From Azolla caroliniana (lineage: Eukaryota > Plantae > Polypodiophyta): 64,000 nt of DNA. Numbering within the stretch: position 1 is the first letter of the stretch; each line of letters starts with the position of its first letter. Made by a program: the position numbers and the translations under genes. The notes below the pieces were generated by a model, which made no database searches, had not been told where the DNA came from, and saw only the letters and a list, made by a program, of their open reading frames with translations. The stretch covers positions 3,162,001-3,226,000 of the forward strand of contig JBHGNT010000022.1 in NCBI GenBank assembly GCA_043228905.1, given 5' to 3'. Positions 1 to 12,710 of this stretch are shown here, piece by piece.

Positions 1-597
1 GTACTAGTAACTTAGTTCACAAAGTACAGAACTAGTACTAATCATGAACCATGTAGTACTTACTAAGTACTAATCCAACAAATGTAGATTGGTATTTTGC
101 ACACAAGTAATACTAAACATGATATGTCTTCTACACACCTAGTTACATAACTTGTACTAATTACACCAACAGTATTAATCTTGAACAATATTAGTACTAA
201 ACGTGATATGTGTTTGACACACCTCATTTCCAAATTACAATAATTGTACTATTATTCAACAATTTACTATACACCTTGTTCCCAAATTACATTACTAGTA
301 CTAATTCCCAAGTTACACAAACAATCTTAACAGTCAACAGTGTACTATAAGTATAGTGTTTACTAAACTAATACTAGGCAAGTTGCAATATAGATTGGAC
401 GATGTTGTACCTGGTTCGTTTTAGTACTACTAATTGTGGAAAATATCCCTTCAACTACACATACCAATTATATATTAAGAGTACTGCCAATACTAACCCA
501 CATAATTAGGGTTCCACATAATAGTTGTTAAAGATTACACTAAATTTGAAGTATGAATTGTGGCATACACTAGTTCTAGTCCAAATGTTAATTGACA

Positions 598-840
598 TCA
601 TATAATACAAACAATAGAATAGTAGAGCCACATACCGTACGGGTGTACTTTTAAACCCCAAGCATAGTACCACTCAGCCGCAATTGTAGTTTTACAGTCC
701 ATACATGTATTCTCTTTCTCAAAATGATACTTAGCACATAGCACATGATATGTGTGCAAGCATGGTGTAATCACAACATCCATAGCCTCCAGCTTGAATC
801 CGAGGCCACAAAATATACACCTGGAAGATTGCAAACACAA
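598..840 (-). CDS. RING-H2-like zinc-finger exon of a multi-exon gene (probable exon ~636-820)
   Basis: Translation CIFC-x15-CLHTYHVLC-x10-CMDC fits the C-x2-C...C-x-H-x2-H-x2-C...C-x2-C RING pattern. There is a CAG acceptor at 823-821 and a GTATGT donor near 635. Confidence 0.6.
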   Translation of the reverse strand: MCLQSSRCIFCGLGFKLEAMDVVITPCLHTYHVLCAKYHFEKENTCMDCKTTIAAEWYYAWGLKVHPYGMWLYYSIVCII

Positions 841-897
841 GTTATAATATATTAGTTGCTCACTTATTTATACCAAAGAAGTAGAAATAAATAACTT

Positions 898-1968
898 TTA
901 AAGCCAATACCGTGATATAGCTATACTAATAATGGTACTTTCTATACCACTTGGGTGCTCAATTACAGATGGACACAAAGTATCAAAACCATTTTGTTTT
1001 AAATCCTGCATCAAGCATGCAAGGTTCTCAGAATGCAACTTTAAGGCTGACAACTTATTATCTATTTCTTCATGTGCATTCCTGCAAGTATCAAGGTCTC
1101 TCATCTGTGAACCTAATTGAGTGCCCATATTGTTTAGCTCTTTCTTCAACTCCTCTTTCAACACCTCACTTTCTGAATTTTGGATTGTCGATGCAATCCA
1201 TTCATATGTAGTTTTTATTGAAGAAAATTTCTTTTCTGCCTGTATCTCAGCTGATTTAACTGCTTCCAAATCAGCAAGTAGTGTTTGTATTCTTGAGCTC
1301 ATAGAAGCTATGCAACCGGCCATCATCTGTTCATGCTTTTCAGTCATTGTGGCCCGTACCTTTGCCTCTAGAACTTGGTGGATAGGTGTTATAGCTAGAA
1401 TATCCACATGAGAGGTTCCAGATGACTTCAAGCCAGTGTTGGTACTGGAGGACCCTTTGTAATGTTCTGACCGGTGCCGATTAAAATCTTCCCAATTTAC
1501 GTCAATGCCACCTTGAACTTCACATGCAAAAGCACGTGCAAAAACAGTACCCACCTCATTGTTAGTGATTTGATTTGTATCATAAACATGTTCGTATCTC
1601 GTCTTCAATAAATTCATGTATTCCCTCTTCAAACCACTTATGTGGAATCCTCGCCTTGTGTCGGGATGTGCTGACCCCCAGGTTTTTAACAACCACTCTC
1701 TCAGCTCTGGATACACGTCAGGTCGTGCTCGAAGGAAATAATTCCATCCAAGAGGTGTGTCTCGACTGATGGAGTGGTACATCTTCTTTCTATGTGTTGA
1801 TGAATTCATCACCCTTTCTCTTGTGGGTGTCTTCTTGCTTTCTTTCATGGGTGTCCTTCTTCCTTCCTTCACTGGTGTCTTCACTTTCTCTTTCATCAAT
1901 GTCTTCTTTATGGGTGTCCTTCTCGTCATTGTCCTAGTCAACACAATTCTCAGGGAATGAATATGCAT
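898..1968 (-). CDS. Large exon of an unknown protein (basic TPxK repeats, central domain, coiled coil), probably spliced to the RING exon
   Basis: 356-codon open frame with a heptad-like E/K/L-rich C-terminal half. A phase-2 GT donor at 910 joins in frame to the AG acceptor at 821 (90-nt AT-rich intron, giving ...ISR|CIFC...). Confidence 0.55.
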   Translation of the reverse strand: MHIHSLRIVLTRTMTRRTPIKKTLMKEKVKTPVKEGRRTPMKESKKTPTRERVMNSSTHRKKMYHSISRDTPLGWNYFLRARPDVYPELREWLLKTWGSAHPDTRRGFHISGLKREYMNLLKTRYEHVYDTNQITNNEVGTVFARAFACEVQGGIDVNWEDFNRHRSEHYKGSSSTNTGLKSSGTSHVDILAITPIHQVLEAKVRATMTEKHEQMMAGCIASMSSRIQTLLADLEAVKSAEIQAEKKFSSIKTTYEWIASTIQNSESEVLKEELKKELNNMGTQLGSQMRDLDTCRNAHEEIDNKLSALKLHSENLACLMQDLKQNGFDTLCPSVIEHPSGIESTIISIAISRYWL

Positions 1969-2944
1969 GTACTAGAAGAAAACTCAAGCAATTACCATCA
2001 ACACATAGCAAATCATCTCATTGCATGTACAAACCATGTCAAACACACAATAACCCTAAATAGTCGGAAAAAAACTCATCCATGTCAAACACACAGACAA
2101 TAAAAACAGACGGATAGGAAAGTCAAAGAAAACGAAAACATTGTAAATCATCATAGCCAACTCCATCACATCGCATGTACAAGCCATGTCAAACACACAA
2201 AAACCCAAAATAGTCGGAAAAACACTCATCCATGTCAAACTCACACAAAATAAAACAGATGGACAAGAAACAAGAACAAAACGAAAACATAGCAACTCAT
2301 CATAGCCAACTCCATTTACGTTGCATGTACAAACATGTCTAACACACAACCACCTCGATCAAAATATTTTCATACATTTTTAAAAGAAACACAGAGAAAA
2401 CAAAAACATACCAGTTGGGCATGCAACACATAGACTATGAATAATCAAACCCTAAAAATGACCATACACATGCAAATAAAAAACAGACAGACAGGAAACA
2501 TTCAGAAAAAGAAAACATACCAGTTGGGCATGCAACACAGAGAATACCTGGAGGTTGTACAACTTGCAGAGGTACCAGACCGTGTTGATTTCGACAAACG
2601 AGGCTGCTGCAGAGGAGACAAACGAGCATAGACAGAGGAAACAAACGAGCATACACAAGGAAGGAAAATCAACAACACATACAACGAGCAGGGGAAACAA
2701 AAATCTCTGCGTTCAGAGATCGAACCTGGCACAGAGGGGAACACAAGAACAGCTACGCGGGGAAACAGAGAATCGAAGGTGGAGTGAGAGAGAGAAACAG
2801 AAAGAAAGAAAGAAACAGAGCTTTGAAAGAAAAAAACAGAAAGAATCGAAGGTGGAGTGAAAGAAAGAAACAGAGAGATAGACCTGTAATAGATATGTCG
2901 TCTTTCTTTAACTTTCTGCCACTGTCTGTCTGACAACTTCGAGA

Positions 2945-2945
2945 C

Positions 2946-2989
<44 letters not shown>

Positions 2990-3056
2990 GAGAGAGAGAG
3001 ACATACCAATTGACACGTTCGACTACCCATACCAGAGAGAGAGAGAGAGAGAGAGA
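2945..3056. repeat. (GA)n microsatellites
   Basis: Two GA dinucleotide runs visible directly. Confidence 0.9.
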
Positions 3057-3349
3057 TACTGAGACTGACCAACTGTCACAATGGATACCTTCTCCAGGTG
3101 TGCTTTCGTACAACTCTACCTAGGAGACTGGGGCAACAATTAATGTATTAAATATGGCCTAGGGACATTTCGAGTGTGACGTACAATATCTTTGTGCATT
3201 CGAGTGTGACGTAATGAATTTGTTTTTTGTTTTTTGAAACTTATTTACAATTTTTAATGTTTATTTTCTTCTTCGATTTAGTACTAAATTTTTGGCCAAA
3301 AGTTGGTACACCGTAGCATGCTTCGACCCACCTATCTACGTACTATACA

Positions 3350-3430
3350 ACAAAACTTGTGCCCACATGTAAGGGCCGGTTTACACATGTTATACCCGGT
3401 TTCCGCCTAGGGACGGTTTTCTCCACGACA
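3350..3430 (-). mobile_element. Terminus of an LTR related to the 43787 gypsy LTR; the other boundary was not located
   Basis: The minus strand reads TGTCGTGGAGAAAACCGTCCCT, versus TGTCGTGAAGAAAACCGTCCCT at 43787. It is flanked by ACGT at 3431-3434. Confidence 0.6.
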
Positions 3431-3549
3431 ACGTAACCATGTGATGGGCCACGTGGGCCTACTACGAAGAGAGGGCTCATTTGGCTTGACCATTAGGTTG
3501 CACTTTGGTGTATGCCATCGTAATTACAAGACTTGAGGTTAGGTAACGT

Positions 3550-4194
3550 TGTCGCGAAGATTCGCGCGTGCGTGTGCTACTCGAGCGACCACCGGGGTCT
3601 TGGACTGGGGAGGACGTTCGCGGAATTATCGACGCTAGATGATGATCAATGTAAGATTGGATGAAATTTGTTCACTTGAGAAGAAGAAAGATTGTACACT
3701 TGAGAAGTAGAAAAACATGAAGAAGATAAAGACAAATATAATTTATATTGATGATAATGGTGTTGGTGATATCACATATTGAGCCCCCCTTACACAAGCC
3801 CAACTAGAGGCTTTTATAGGTCTTTCCATGCTCGTGACATGCACATAACCATGGGCTAAAACCATGGTTTTGTGCACACGGTTTTGCTTATGTCATGCAC
3901 AAACCATGGGTTTAAAACCATGGTTTTGTGCACATGGTTTTCTATGGTTGTTTCGTCTATAATTTGTATATGAAAAGGAAATACATATAATCTACACTAT
4001 ATGATAGTTGTCCTAGTGGTAAGGCAATTATCTTGTATGTTAGAGGTGCAAGGTTCAATCCTTGCTTGCACCCCTCTGTATGAACTCAAGTGCCACTAGG
4101 CTATGTTTATTTGCTAAGTGCATGTGCAATGTTGCACATCCTTGGTTTATTCGTCTCACTCGGTTTCACACCGTAGCCGAAAATCGTCACGACA
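3550..4194 (-). repeat. 3' LTR (645 bp) of the gag-only element
   Basis: Direct repeat of 6436-7075; PPT adjacent. Confidence 0.92.
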
Positions 4195-4555
4195 TCCACC
4201 CCCACCAAACCCGCACATCCTCCGGTATGTGCCGAGAAAGGTGAAGAGGTGAGATCTTTGGCAACGGTGATCAACCGAGTTCCTCTGCACGCTCGTCGAC
4301 CTCGTCTGACTTTGTCTTCCACTTCGAGTATGCACAATCTTTCCAACCGAACCACCGTAGCCACCCGATCCACCATATCCGGCGCTCACACCTTCTTCCC
4401 CGATCGGTTGTAGTAGATCTACCGAACGATGTCGTCGATACGACCGCTCTTCCTTCGTCCACCGCGCTTGTCCTTCGATTGGGTTCCTGGCCACTCGTCG
4501 CGCTCACCGTCTTCAACCGGGTGTTGTGGATCGTTCGTGTCCATCTTCGATTATG

Positions 4556-6391
4556 CTAGGTTTGCCCTTCTCCGGATTGGTCTCCACCGATCGCTTCTTG
4601 GCTCGGTTGGCCTTCGTCTACATTCGCATTTCCCCGAATTGGGCTCGACCGATTGATTCTGGCTGGGTCGACCCCCTTTTGGATTGGAATTGTTCGATCG
4701 ATTTTCGCCGAATTAGGTTTTAGCCGGGTCGGCCCCGGTCGATCGGCTCCCATGTGGATCTTCCTTCGTTCGGGCCGGAATCTCGGCCGGATCGTCTTCC
4801 GGTTCGACCGGTTCTCGACTCTTCCTTCCTTCCCGCATGCAACCTCTCCATCGAACTCAACCGCGGCTTCATCCTTGGCCTGCTCGTCGGCCATATCCTT
4901 CCCTCCGTGTATGCTCGCCGTGAGCCATATTGTCTCCTCTTCGCCACCTCCTTTATCTTCGGTCTTATGCCGACACACGGTCTCGACTGCCGAAGTCTCC
5001 GGAACAGGTGTGAAGGAATCCCTTCGCTCATGCACATTTACCTTGTCTTCTTCATCGCCCTTCCGGTCGTCCTCTTTTTTGTCCACACATTCCGTCTCTC
5101 CGGTCTCACGTTGGCGCACGTGCACAACCGCCGAAGTCTCTAGATTAGGTGTGGGGATATCCTTTCTTCCTCGATCTTCTTCCTCCTTGTGTTGGGCCTT
5201 CGTCTTCCCGTCACCACCTTCCGTCTCTCCGGTCTCACGTTGGCACATGGGCGCAACCGCCGAAGTCTCTGGAACAATCGTGGAGAAAGTCTTGACATGG
5301 CTATCCGTTGTCGACTCGTCCATAGCCACCTCCGACTCGATGTCGTTTGTCATGGCTACCTCCTCAATCTCTTCAGACTCAAACACTTTTTCTCCCTCGA
5401 TCATGCAAGCTTTTCTCATGCTTGCGCCGTCATCACCCGATGTTTCGTACACAATGCGTGTTCCGAAACATTTATCCTCCCTCGAAGTGGCGTTCGCCGT
5501 CCTCGAGTCATCGGCCTCCTCCTTCGCCGTCGTTTCTTTGTAAGACAAGAAGGTGACTTGTTTCACACCTTCTCTCTCGGTACCGTCATACCGAACGAGA
5601 GCCTTTGTATCGGCCACTTCATTAACCCGCATTTGTTGGGAGGTCTCTTCTTCCTCGATCACCATTCGCCTCGGTTTTGTCTCCCTTTTAAGCTTCATTT
5701 CTTTTGTTGGTGGCGCGTTGTTGCATCTCGTCCCTCTTCGATCGTCCCTCATGGGCCGTCTTGTTGTCGTCAATATTCTCGCTTGCCCCTTATCGTGTAG
5801 TCGGCATACACTTTCCACTTTGCTCCAATCCTCGATGAGGCCATTTGCACCATCATCTTCTTCGAGTTTGAGGCCAATCGCCATCCTTTCCATTCGATCG
5901 ATTGACTTCACGAACATAAGGACCTTATCGACCCCCACCAATCTTTGTTCCCGCTCCGACAATTGAGAAAAATGATGCTCGAAGTCTACGAATGCTTGTG
6001 TCGCACCTTGGTGGGTCTTCGCTGATGTCACCCATTGGTCGAAGTTGTGTCGATCTTGTCCCTTTAGTCTCTCATAGTCATATTCCTCCAATAGAGCCTT
6101 CTCGAAAGTCGCCCACGAATCATGAGCTTCTAGAAGCTCTGTTACATCTTTGAAGATCGGTTGAGACACCACCCGACAAAAGTACTCTAGCCTCATAGCT
6201 TTGTCCACACCTCTTGAATCCATCTCCGCATTGTAGACTTTTAGGAAACTTTGGACTTCGGCACCGTTGAAATAGCTCATTCGTTCGACTGCCTTGTCGA
6301 CGGCTTGTTGGGCTTCATTTCTTCTTTTCTCTTCTCTCAGAAACTCCATCATCCTTCTTGACATTGCCTCCATGAGATATTCGCCATCCAT
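4556..6391 (-). CDS. Gag-like protein with a long charged low-complexity C-terminal extension (611 aa)
   Basis: The N-terminal part aligns by eye to the gag at 44455: FNGAEVQSFLKVYNAEM vs FSGKDATSYLASYRAEM, KVLMFVKSID vs RVLLFVKSVD, GLIEDW vs GLTADW. The ORF is uninterrupted. Confidence 0.75.
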   Translation of the reverse strand: MDGEYLMEAMSRRMMEFLREEKRRNEAQQAVDKAVERMSYFNGAEVQSFLKVYNAEMDSRGVDKAMRLEYFCRVVSQPIFKDVTELLEAHDSWATFEKALLEEYDYERLKGQDRHNFDQWVTSAKTHQGATQAFVDFEHHFSQLSEREQRLVGVDKVLMFVKSIDRMERMAIGLKLEEDDGANGLIEDWSKVESVCRLHDKGQARILTTTRRPMRDDRRGTRCNNAPPTKEMKLKRETKPRRMVIEEEETSQQMRVNEVADTKALVRYDGTEREGVKQVTFLSYKETTAKEEADDSRTANATSREDKCFGTRIVYETSGDDGASMRKACMIEGEKVFESEEIEEVAMTNDIESEVAMDESTTDSHVKTFSTIVPETSAVAPMCQRETGETEGGDGKTKAQHKEEEDRGRKDIPTPNLETSAVVHVRQRETGETECVDKKEDDRKGDEEDKVNVHERRDSFTPVPETSAVETVCRHKTEDKGGGEEETIWLTASIHGGKDMADEQAKDEAAVEFDGEVACGKEGRVENRSNRKTIRPRFRPERRKIHMGADRPGPTRLKPNSAKIDRTIPIQKGVDPARINRSSPIRGNANVDEGQPSQEAIGGDQSGEGQT

Positions 6392-6413
6392 CTTCGTCCT
6401 CCCCTACTGCTCT

Positions 6414-6430
6414 TCACGTCGGGTTCACCA
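6414..6430 (-). promoter_or_regulatory. Primer-binding site complementary to the 3' end of tRNA-Trp
   Basis: The + strand reads TCACGTCGGGTTCACCA, the 3' end of plant tRNA-Trp(CCA) plus CCA. It lies 5 nt from the LTR. Confidence 0.85.
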
Positions 6431-6435
6431 AATGA

Positions 6436-7075
6436 TGTCGCGAAGATTCGCGCGTGCGTGTGCTACTCGAGCGACCACCGGGGTCTTGGACTGGGGAGGA
6501 CGTTCGCGGAATTATCGACGCTAGATGATGATCAATGTAAGATTGGATGAAATTTGTTCACTTGAGAAGAAGAAAGATTGTACACTTGAGAAGTAGAAAA
6601 ACATGAAGAAGATAAAGACAAATATAATTTATATTGATGATAATGGTGTTGGTGATATCACATATTGAGCCCCCCTTACACAAGCCCAACTAGAGGCTTT
6701 TATAGGTCTTTCCATGCTCGTGACATGCACATAACCATGGGCTAAAACCATGGTTTTGTGCACACGGTTTTGCTTATGTCATGCACAAACCATGGGTTTA
6801 AAACCATGGTTTTGTGCACATGGTTTTCTATGGTTGTTTCGTCTATAATTTGTATATGAAAAGGAAATACATATAATCTACACTATATGATAGTTGTCCT
6901 AGTGGTAAGGCAATTATCTTGTATGTTAGAGGTGCAAGGTTCAATCCTTGCTTGCACCCCTCTGTATGAACTCAAGTGCCACTAGGCTAGGTTTATAAGT
7001 GCATGTGCAATGTTGCACATCCTTGGTTTATTCGTCTCACTCGGTTTCACACCGTAGCCGAAAATCGTCACGACA
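6436..7075 (-). repeat. 5' LTR (640 bp) of the gag-only element
   Basis: Direct repeat of 3550-4194; PBS adjacent. Confidence 0.92.
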
Positions 7076-7717
7076 ACGTACCAACAGATTTTGTAGTAAA
7101 CGAGGAGGAAATAAGGACTCTTGACATATATGTTTCCTTTAAAATAACATATATGGGCAAATGCCTCGCATATCTCTTATATGTATGAAACATTAAACAT
7201 TCAAGAAGAGCAACCTACTTGGTTGGTTCAAGCGTTTAATGCATTTGTTCTCGAGGTCTCGAGTTCAAATATGACCAAGCCCATTCAATATCGTTGATAC
7301 ATATCACTATAACACATGTTTAGACTTGAGGTCTAAGTGCACTTCGGGGTCCTTGTAATAGGACTTAAAGAGCCGAAACCACATATGTGGGCACCGAAAC
7401 ATAGTTTATTGTTAACATTTTTTTCGTGTATAAACTATTCATGACACGAACATACATGGTTGAGCCTCGGGGAGCCGCCATGAAAAAATCAATATAGAGA
7501 TCAAGGAAAGACATTAAATTGTCACCCCCATGGTTTTTAAAACACTTGTGTGTTACCATAGTAACCTAATCTTGAACCTCATCTCATACGTCTAGAGGGG
7601 TATTGATGTGAGATCATGATATCGATTAATGTTGCCCATGATATGTTTACATCACGACATGATGTTATGACTATTTCTCTGACCTTATCCTATTTCTTTT
7701 CCAGAAATAATCATTTA

Positions 7718-10700
7718 ATGGCTCAAAATAACGACCTAATGTCATGCGCTCAAGCGGAAGGAACTCAAAGGAATCCTCTTGGACAAATGTCCATTGAGAT
7801 GTATTTTTCGCAAATAAGCCAATACCTTAGTTTCACCACTCAAGAGATGACCGAACTTCAGCAATCTCAAAGTGCTCTCGAGGCATGTATCTTTAGTTTA
7901 CAACGTGAGACTAATAGACTTCATGAGCGAAAAGGTGAACCATCATTTGTCGTTAAGCCATTTACGGGAGACAAAAAGGAAAGAACCGAAGAAGCAATTT
8001 GCACATGGTTGGGTTGATGGGAAACTCATTTTGACCTCTATCCCATGCCAGATAGTATGAAGATTGCATATGTCAGCCGAGAACTAGGGGGTAAGGCCGC
8101 CGCCTGGTGGTGTGGGCTCCATACTTTGGGGAAATTGCCCGATACGTGGACAGATTTTGTCATAGTTTTCAAGGGCCAATTTCTGCAACCTCCCTCTCGA
8201 ACCAAGGCAGCACAAGCTTTAATGAACCTCTCTAGCAGGAAGTTTTCTTCGCTAGAAGACTATGTCCACCATGCTAGAACCCAAATCCAAAAGTCGGGTC
8301 TAGAACGGGACAATTGGTTAATAACTTGTTTTGTCAATGGTATCCCCAATTCGGACTATCACTGGATAGTGCACGATAAGTATCCAAAATCCTTCGAAGA
8401 GGCCGTTGAAATAGTTCTTTGATATCAACGCACTTTGAAGGACCACAACAAACCCAACGAAGCGCCCGAGACTAAGCAGTCGCAATTTGCTGGGAAACGC
8501 AAGACACCCAACGAATTCATGGATCACGATTGTAAGCGACAACATCCTTTTTGCGTATTCTGCATAAAGAAGGGTCATACAAAAGAGCAATATCGAAAGC
8601 TCCAACGGAAAGAGCACGATAGCAAAGCTAAAGGTGCAGACCACAAAGGTCAGATTCCTAATGTCCTTCAGGTTTATACACATCATTTAAGTAATTGTCA
8701 ATGTTCTTTCCCTCACTATGTATTGGTTCCCAATGATTTACTACATGCAAATGGGTATATCAATGGATCTCCCGTACAATTTTTGTCTGATTCGAGAAGC
8801 TCACACAACTTTGTGAATGATCATTTGGTTCAAATATGGGGAATCCAACCCACCTTAAGTGATCACACCTATACGGTGCACTTGGCTGATGGAAGAGTAC
8901 AATACATCAACAGGGCGATTCATTCATTAGGAATTTCTATTGACACTTATATAGAGGAAGTAGACTTCCATGTAATGAATCTTTGTACCACTGATGTTTT
9001 ACTGGGTTATCCCTGGTTCTATAATAAAAACTCTTCTTTATCTATCGATTGGGTTCATCATTCAATTACATTTGTACTGAACGATTGTACTCATTTTATT
9101 CAATGTGTAAAAAAACAATCCGTCTCAATTGTTTCCTCTCCATCAATATCCGAGTCGTCTTGTTCTGCTCTATTTTATTGTGTACTTAATCTAGACATTC
9201 ACGTTTACAATATCGATAATGTCTCGGTTCAATTAACATATTTTGAACAACAACAACTTGATGAAATCTTAAATGATTTTCGTGATGTTTTTCCGAGTGA
9301 ACTACCAGATGGGTTACCTCCTAAACGTAATATAGACCATCGTATAGATATTGTACCTGGTGTTGCACCAATAAGTATACCTCCTTATCGCTTAAGTCGA
9401 TCCGAAGAGGATGAGGTATCTAAGCAACTCAAGGACTATTTACGAATGGGTTAGATACGTTATAGTAAATCTCCATGGAGTACACCTGTTCTCTTGGTTA
9501 AAAAGAAAGAGGGCACACGGCGTATGTGTATTAATTACCGACGCTTGAATAAAGTGACGATCAAGAATTCGTATCCATTACCCCGGGTTAACGATCTAAT
9601 TGACCGTCTCTAGGGAGCTCGATATTTTACGAAACTTGATCTCCGTATTGGCTACCATCAAATTCGTATAAGTGAGGACGATGTTCCTAAAACGGCATTT
9701 CGTATGCGCTATGGCCATTATGAGTTTTTGGTTATGCCTTTTGGTTTGACCAATGCTCCGGCTACATTTCAACAAGAAATGAATGACATTTTTCGAGAAC
9801 AACTTGGAAAATTTGTCATTATTTTCATGGATGATATTTTAGTTTATAGTCGTACATTACAAGAACATGCTAAACATGTCCGCTTTGTTTTACAAATATT
9901 GCGTGACAAATAGTTTTATGCGAAGATCTCAAAATGTGAGTTCTTCAAGAAATCAATTACTTATCTTGGACATGTCTCATAGCCAAACGAGGATTTGAAA
10001 TTGATCCTTCTCGCATCGAGAGAATCAAGCTTTGGCCCACTCTTCGGAATATTCAATAAGTTCGATCATTCCTTGGTTTTGTCGGGTTTTTGCGAAAATC
10101 CCTTCGTAATTACTCCCAATTGACGACGCCATTTACTGATCTTCTAAAAGGTCAAACGCGTAAGTCTACAAAACCTATTGTGTGGAATGCTACACTAGAT
10201 CTCGCCTTTAACGAACTCAAGGACCTAGTTTGCAAGGCTCCGTCACTACTTTTACCCGATCCTTCAAAACCTTTTGAGGTTGCAACCGATGCAAGCGATT
10301 ATGCTATAGGTGCTGTCATATATCAAGATGGTAAATCAATCGCATTCGAGAGTAAGAAACTTGATTCTGCTCAATGTCGGTATACCGTTAAAGAAAAGGA
10401 ATTATTTGCAGTTATACATGCGCTCAAAACATGACGCCATTATCTTTATGGAAATTGCTTTGTGGTAACTACGGACCACGAGTCCTTGAAATATTTTTGT
10501 GACCAACAAGATCTGAAAGGTCGTAAGGCACGATGGGCTGATCTCATCCATGACTTTGATTTTTCCATACGATATCGTAAAGGTTCCATGAATGTTGTCG
10601 TTGATCCACTAAGTTGCATCCGTGAAGTTAACATGCTTAGCTTCACTGAAATAACATCAGATCTTTATGATCACCTTCGAGGAAAGTATCCTGATGATAG

Positions 10701-12136
10701 TTATTTTGCAAAATACTGGGCAAGAGTTGAGTCTAGAACAGACACCACCACATCCTTGAAGGAATACTTCCACATTGGTAACGGTCTACTCTACCATAAT
10801 GGGAAGGTTTGTGTTCCAGATTTACCTGAGGTCAAAAAGAGGATTCTTTTTTAATGCCATGATGCACCTTCAGCAGGGCACCCTAGAATACATCGTACAC
10901 TTGTTCTCATATCCACTCAATTTTATTGGCCTAAGATGCGTCCTGACATACATAGCTATGTGACTAAATGTCGCCAATGTTAGGTTAACAAAGCCGAGAG
11001 ACTTAAAGCCGCAGGACTTTTACATCCCTTGGACATTCCCAACAATAAGTGGGAAAGTATATCCATGGATTTTATTGTTAGCCTTCCTCGCACCCAAAAA
11101 GGCCATGATGCCATCTGGGTTGTGGTTGATAGACTAACTAAAATGGCCACATTTATTGCTACTAAAACCACGGTAACAGCTCTTGAATTGGCTTACCAAT
11201 TCGTTGACGAGTTATTTCGTTTTTATGGGTTACCGATGGATATCGTGAGTGATCGAGATCCAAAACTTACTAGTGACTTTTGGATGCAAGTCTTTAAGAA
11301 GTTAGAAACTACGTTGAGCATGAGCTCCAAGGATCATCCTCAATCCGATGGACAAACAAAACGAGTAAATCAAATTATTGAGGACATGCTTCGAGCATAT
11401 GTTGGTGCAAAACCAACAAAATGGGAACGTTATCTCCGAATTTTGGAGTTTGCTTATAACAGCTCCAAGCATACGTCGACGGGATATAGTCCTTTTATGT
11501 TGATGTATGGTTTTCAGCCACAAGCCCCGATTGATGTTAATATACATCATGATGAGTTGCAAATTACGCAAAACTTTCTTCGGGATATGCAAGATATGTT
11601 GCATATTGCACGAGATAATATAAAAATAGCTCAAGATAGAGCGCGTTTTTATGCTGATTATCATAGGTAACGTTGTGTATTCAACCCTGGACAGAAAGTA
11701 TTTTTACGTGTACCTCAGAATTCTAAGACATTGTCTACGGGTAAGCGCGCTAAGTTAGCCCCTCGGTTTTGTGGACCATTTACAGTCCTCAAACGCATTG
11801 GGTCATCAGCCTATCGTCTCGCTCTTCCCGATGGTGTTGGAATTCATCCAATCTTTCATGTGAGTCGTCTAAAAGAACTTCTAGGTTCTGGCGACAATAC
11901 AATTACAATTGAAACTCTAGTTACTTCTTTTGAAGAATGATCTTTCAAACCACATGTACCAGAAAGAATTCTCGATGTTAAAACAAAAAAATTACGTACT
12001 AAAGAAATTTGAGAATTTAAAATAAAATGGATGGATAAATCAATAAAACATGCCACATAGGAATGCGAAAATACTCTCAGAACTGACTTCCCTAAATTTC
12101 CATTGCAAGAGTGCAATGTTTTAAAGAGGGGGCGTA
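7718..12136 (+). pseudogene. Degenerate Ty3/gypsy chromovirus gag-pol (gag, PR, RT, RNase H, INT, chromodomain)
   Basis: Motifs: CVFCIKKGH (knuckle), DSRSSHNF (PR), [13 protein letters not shown] and FMDD (RT), TDASDYAIGAV (RH), WESISMDF and FCGPF (INT), PERILDVKTKKLRTKEI*EFKIKW...AT*E (chromodomain). Many in-frame stops. PPT AAAGAGGGGGCG precedes TGTTAC at 12137. Confidence 0.92.
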
Positions 12137-12189
12137 TGTTACGGGCATGACCACATAATATCCCATGGTGAGAATTTACCGTAGCTAGA
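12137..12189 (+). repeat. Truncated 3' LTR stub of the chromovirus
   Basis: Starts TGTTAC right after the PPT and passes abruptly into tRNA monomers after about 50 bp. Confidence 0.6.
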
Positions 12190-12629
12190 ATGAGCATGTT
12201 TCATTTTGGTGACGAGTTGATTACGCAACACTATAAGTGGATGAGGTGGTCGAGTTGTTCTAAGGTGGTAGATTCAGGTTCTACTCCGGAAGGACGTGGG
12301 TTCAAAACCCACAATCATCATCGATGTAAAACGAGCATGTTTTGTTTTGGCGACATGTAGATTAGGCCACACGATAAATGGATGCGGTGGCCGAGTTGGT
12401 TTAAGGCGCTAGATTAAAGTTCTAGTTCGAAAGGGCGTGGGTTCAAATGATAAGTGGATGAGGTGGTCGAGCAACATGAATTGGATAAGTGGTTGAGGTG
12501 GCCGAGGTGGTCTAAGGCGCTAGATTAAGGGTCTAGTCTGAAAGGGCATGGGTTCAAATGCCACTATTATTATCGATGTAAAACGAAGATTCGTTTTGGT
12601 GATGAGTTGATTAGGGAACACGATAAGTG

Positions 12630-12710
12630 GATGCGGTGGCCGAGTTGGTCTAAGGCGCTAGACTAAGGTTCTAGTCTGAAAGGGCGTGGGTTCAAATCCC
12701 ACTCTCATCA
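12630..12710 (+). tRNA. tRNA-Leu(AAG), near-intact copy (one acceptor-stem mismatch)
   Basis: Full 81-nt cloverleaf with an A5C change; anticodon loop CTAAGGT. Confidence 0.5.

Larger units (their letters stand above)
3550..7075 (-). mobile_element. Young non-autonomous gag-only LTR retrotransposon (Ty3/gypsy-related, tRNA-Trp primed)
   Basis: LTRs at 3550-4194 and 6436-7075 (TG...CA), near-identical apart from one ~5-bp indel and one substitution seen. 4-bp TSD ACGT (3546-3549 / 7076-7079). PBS at 6414-6430, PPT GGTGGGGGTGGA next to 4194. No pol. Confidence 0.92.

Noticed and set aside
3160-3315. Possible DNA-transposon end (repeated TTCGAGTGTGACGTA; minus-strand TA-CGGTGTACC)
   Set aside because: No matching second terminus or TSD within the window, so it cannot be supported.
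7080-7600. Exact 5' LTR end and PBS of the chromovirus
   Set aside because: The 3' LTR is truncated, so no pair can be aligned, and no tRNA-complementary PBS was recognised.
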